From the IMG/VR virus record IMGVR_UViG_3300037155_000096: DNA of 64,000 nt, one strand, 5' to 3'. Position 1 is the first letter of the stretch. Every line of letters begins with the position of its first letter. The translations under genes were made by a program, and so were the position numbers. The stretch comes from a virus. Below, piece by piece: positions 61,897 through 64,000 of this stretch. The notes beneath the pieces are model-generated. The model did not search any database and was not told where the DNA came from. It saw only the letters and a list, made by a program, of their open reading frames with translations.

Positions 61897-62457
61897 TTAA
61901 ACTTGTTCCTGAAGCACCCTTGATATTTCGACGTCTTCTTTGCTATATCGTGCCTCCGCCTGACAAATATTCGGGAAGCACATGTTCTTTCTTACATGAG
62001 CACCAAGCTGAGCATCTGTGGCGTTTTCCACGAACAGTTTATTCAGTTCGATTGTCCCGTCCACCAGATCTAACCCAACTACTCGAATCTCAAGATCGTA
62101 GTATAATCCTTCGGCGCACATGCCAGCACCGAACCCGTCAAAGAATTCACCGTCAAGCTTAAATTCGTCCTTTTCCTCATCATAATTCGGAAGCAGTTTT
62201 GCCAGCTCTAATCCCTCCGGCTCGTCATCGAAATTTTCCGAGAAGAATTCAGCAAATACGTCCAGAGCATTGTTTCCATAGTAAAACAGCTCCAGGTAGT
62301 CCTTGTCATCCTCAAATCTTTTCGTATAGGACACACGGTAGAACGGTTTCGTAATCTTTTCGTCTGATCTCATGCTTCCATCTCCCCGTATATAGTAAGT
62401 ACATGACATTCGTGACCGAAAAATTCCATGTCCTTGTCGTAATAATCCCATTTCCAT
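61897..62457 (-). CDS. hypothetical acidic protein (start probably MRSDEK)
   Basis: ORF in run. Confidence 0.7.
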   Translation of the reverse strand: MEMGLLRQGHGIFRSRMSCTYYIRGDGSMRSDEKITKPFYRVSYTKRFEDDKDYLELFYYGNNALDVFAEFFSENFDDEPEGLELAKLLPNYDEEKDEFKLDGEFFDGFGAGMCAEGLYYDLEIRVVGLDLVDGTIELNKLFVENATDAQLGAHVRKNMCFPNICQAEARYSKEDVEISRVLQEQV

Positions 62458-62771
62458 CGGAAGTCTTCTCCGTTATATTTGAACAATGCGCTATCATGTT
62501 CTCCATAAGGATCATTGTCTTCATTAAAAACATCGAACCCGCCGACCAGACTTAATATTGCCTGCTGGTCTTGCAATGATTTGCTGAAAACACTTTTGCC
62601 GAATATTAACTGAGCCGAACCATTCCAGTTCACTCCTTCCATTACGGTATGCACTGTTTCGCCTGACGAGATCTCATAAGAACATAACTTCCTTCTGAGA
62701 GTATCGTTCAATGTCCTTAGCGCCTCAGTACTTATTTCAATTTCTTTCTTGATATCTAATTCATCCATCAT
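62370..62771 (-). CDS. DUF3768 protein
   Basis: NDTLRR..V..FDVFNEDNDPYGEHD..F..NGE..WKWDYYD..VLTI. Confidence 0.88.
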   Translation of the reverse strand: MMDELDIKKEIEISTEALRTLNDTLRRKLCSYEISSGETVHTVMEGVNWNGSAQLIFGKSVFSKSLQDQQAILSLVGGFDVFNEDNDPYGEHDSALFKYNGEDFRWKWDYYDKDMEFFGHECHVLTIYGEMEA

Positions 62772-62780
62772 AACTCCATT

Positions 62781-63485
62781 TTAGGTTGAGAACCAAATGA
62801 ACATATCATCCGAGTAACTGAACTCGGAATTAATTTTGTAACCGTAGCCAATCAGGATTTCTAACAATCTCTGCTTGGGAATAAACGTGTGGTGATACTT
62901 CCAGTTGAAGTGAGTCCATCTTTCATTTCTTGCCGCCTCAATGTTAGGACCGTAAATCATCACGTCAACTCCTTTCGGAAGTTTCTCCAGCAGTTCCAGA
63001 TGAAACGCCTTCGACTGGTGCTCTAAAAAATGACAGAAGGTGATTAGCGTGTTCCTGGATGAATCTAATTCGAGAAAATTATAAATCTTCGTGGTTTCGA
63101 TGAACGCCTTTGAATAAAGCAACTCACTCTGATAATCGTAAATCTCTCTGAAGGAATCTATGTGCTTACGGTAGACATAATCGATCCCGTCGAACACTAC
63201 GATGCTATTTACATGCGTATACGTTTCAAGTTTAGGGAAACCACCACCAAGAGCGTAGATTTTATCATAAAGCGAAGCTCGAAATTCCTTCAACTCTGCT
63301 TCACGTTCTTTCATCATGCCATTATAATGCACCAGATCGTTTTTCAGTCCCTGAATGGCATAGTCCTCATATCCCTGGATTATGTCGTCTGAGAACTGGT
63401 TCACCGGTTCCTTGAAAATAATTCCACCTTCCACTTGGAACATCGGGTTAATATCGTATTGCTCCACTATGGTTTCTCCGCGCAA
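62781..63485 (-). CDS. hypothetical protein
   Basis: 234-codon ORF in run. Confidence 0.7.
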   Translation of the reverse strand: MRGETIVEQYDINPMFQVEGGIIFKEPVNQFSDDIIQGYEDYAIQGLKNDLVHYNGMMKEREAELKEFRASLYDKIYALGGGFPKLETYTHVNSIVVFDGIDYVYRKHIDSFREIYDYQSELLYSKAFIETTKIYNFLELDSSRNTLITFCHFLEHQSKAFHLELLEKLPKGVDVMIYGPNIEAARNERWTHFNWKYHHTFIPKQRLLEILIGYGYKINSEFSYSDDMFIWFST

Positions 63486-63877
63486 TCAGTTGCACCAGGC
63501 TCTATTTTCGTATTTGTAACAAGTTCCCCGACCTTAATTTCCCGTTTGATTTCAATTTGGAGTTCATACGCTTTGCCGTCAATGATTCTATAACCGGTAT
63601 GTTCTCCATAATCATCTGTCCAGATCCAGTCACCATTCTGAAACATGTGGGCCAGGTCAGGCACCCAATACTGTGCATCACTCCAATTCGTATAAGCATC
63701 AATCACATCGAGGGAATTCTGATCGTCAATCGAGAGGGCTTCCAGATCAAATCCATACTTGTGTATGCCTTGCCCATTCACATTCGTTTTCTTAACTTCT
63801 TCCTGGAGGGCAACAAACTCTGCTGCGAACTCCGGTTTTATCTCGGGGTTTTCTAATAGCGTAGTGTAGTGGCTCAT
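63467..63877 (-). CDS. hypothetical protein
   Basis: ORF in run. Confidence 0.7.
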   Translation of the reverse strand: MSHYTTLLENPEIKPEFAAEFVALQEEVKKTNVNGQGIHKYGFDLEALSIDDQNSLDVIDAYTNWSDAQYWVPDLAHMFQNGDWIWTDDYGEHTGYRIIDGKAYELQIEIKREIKVGELVTNTKIEPGATDCAEKP

Positions 63878-64000
63878 ATAAACGCTCCGGGAAGAATGTC
63901 AATAATCTGATCCGCACTAATGCCGGTCATTGCAGTGATAACTCTCTGCATGTTAGGGTGCAATTCAGACCACCTGATACATTCACGAGAATCGGGATTA
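63874..64000 (-). CDS. hypothetical protein (partial, C-terminus only)
   Basis: open frame NPDSRECIRWSELHPNMQ..PGAFI*, ATGA-coupled to 63877. Confidence 0.55.
   Translation of the reverse strand, partial: NPDSRECIRWSELHPNMQRVITAMTGISADQIIDILPGAFI

Noticed and set aside
1-64000. Most plus-strand ORFs in the supplied track (for example 6823-7224, 13054-13437, 18572-19150, 48309-49034)
   Set aside because: They are antisense shadows of clear minus-strand genes, with S/F/L-rich composition and no RBS. Only 10696, 38465, 39319, 56890/57075 and 61442 were accepted.

Overview
A 64-kb segment of a large phage-like or phage-plasmid/megaplasmid replicon. About 115 densely packed genes lie almost all on the minus strand and are mostly hypothetical. 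No virion structural genes, integrase, transposase, CRISPR array or intact tRNA are visible. Recognisable genes include an iteron-type replicon (Rep_3 initiator, parA, parB, about 11 iterons plus an AT-rich tract) and a second HTH replication-type protein. There are also a Mu Gam-like protein, a minimal PolX, an ATP-dependent DNA ligase, a dNMP kinase, a MazG-like protein, a PC4-like SSB, a WGR/VWA/MoxR-AAA+ trio and a GT9 glycosyltransferase. Two AT-rich foreign islands carry FRG in one and XRE, DUF5677-like and a trypsin lipoprotein in the other. Three signals stand out. (1) A 16-copy, strictly oriented intergenic motif CTTAGCAYG-N4-TTGTAAGT has the exact geometry of a sigma54 -24/-12 promoter but both hallmark dinucleotides are changed (GG>AG, GC>GT). 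(2) Four large structured non-coding regions (one GOLLD-like) and a tRNA-like mini-RNA sit directly after stop codons. (3) An expanded family of about 13 paralogues shares an N-terminal motif. All family assignments come from motif recognition by eye; no database search was run.
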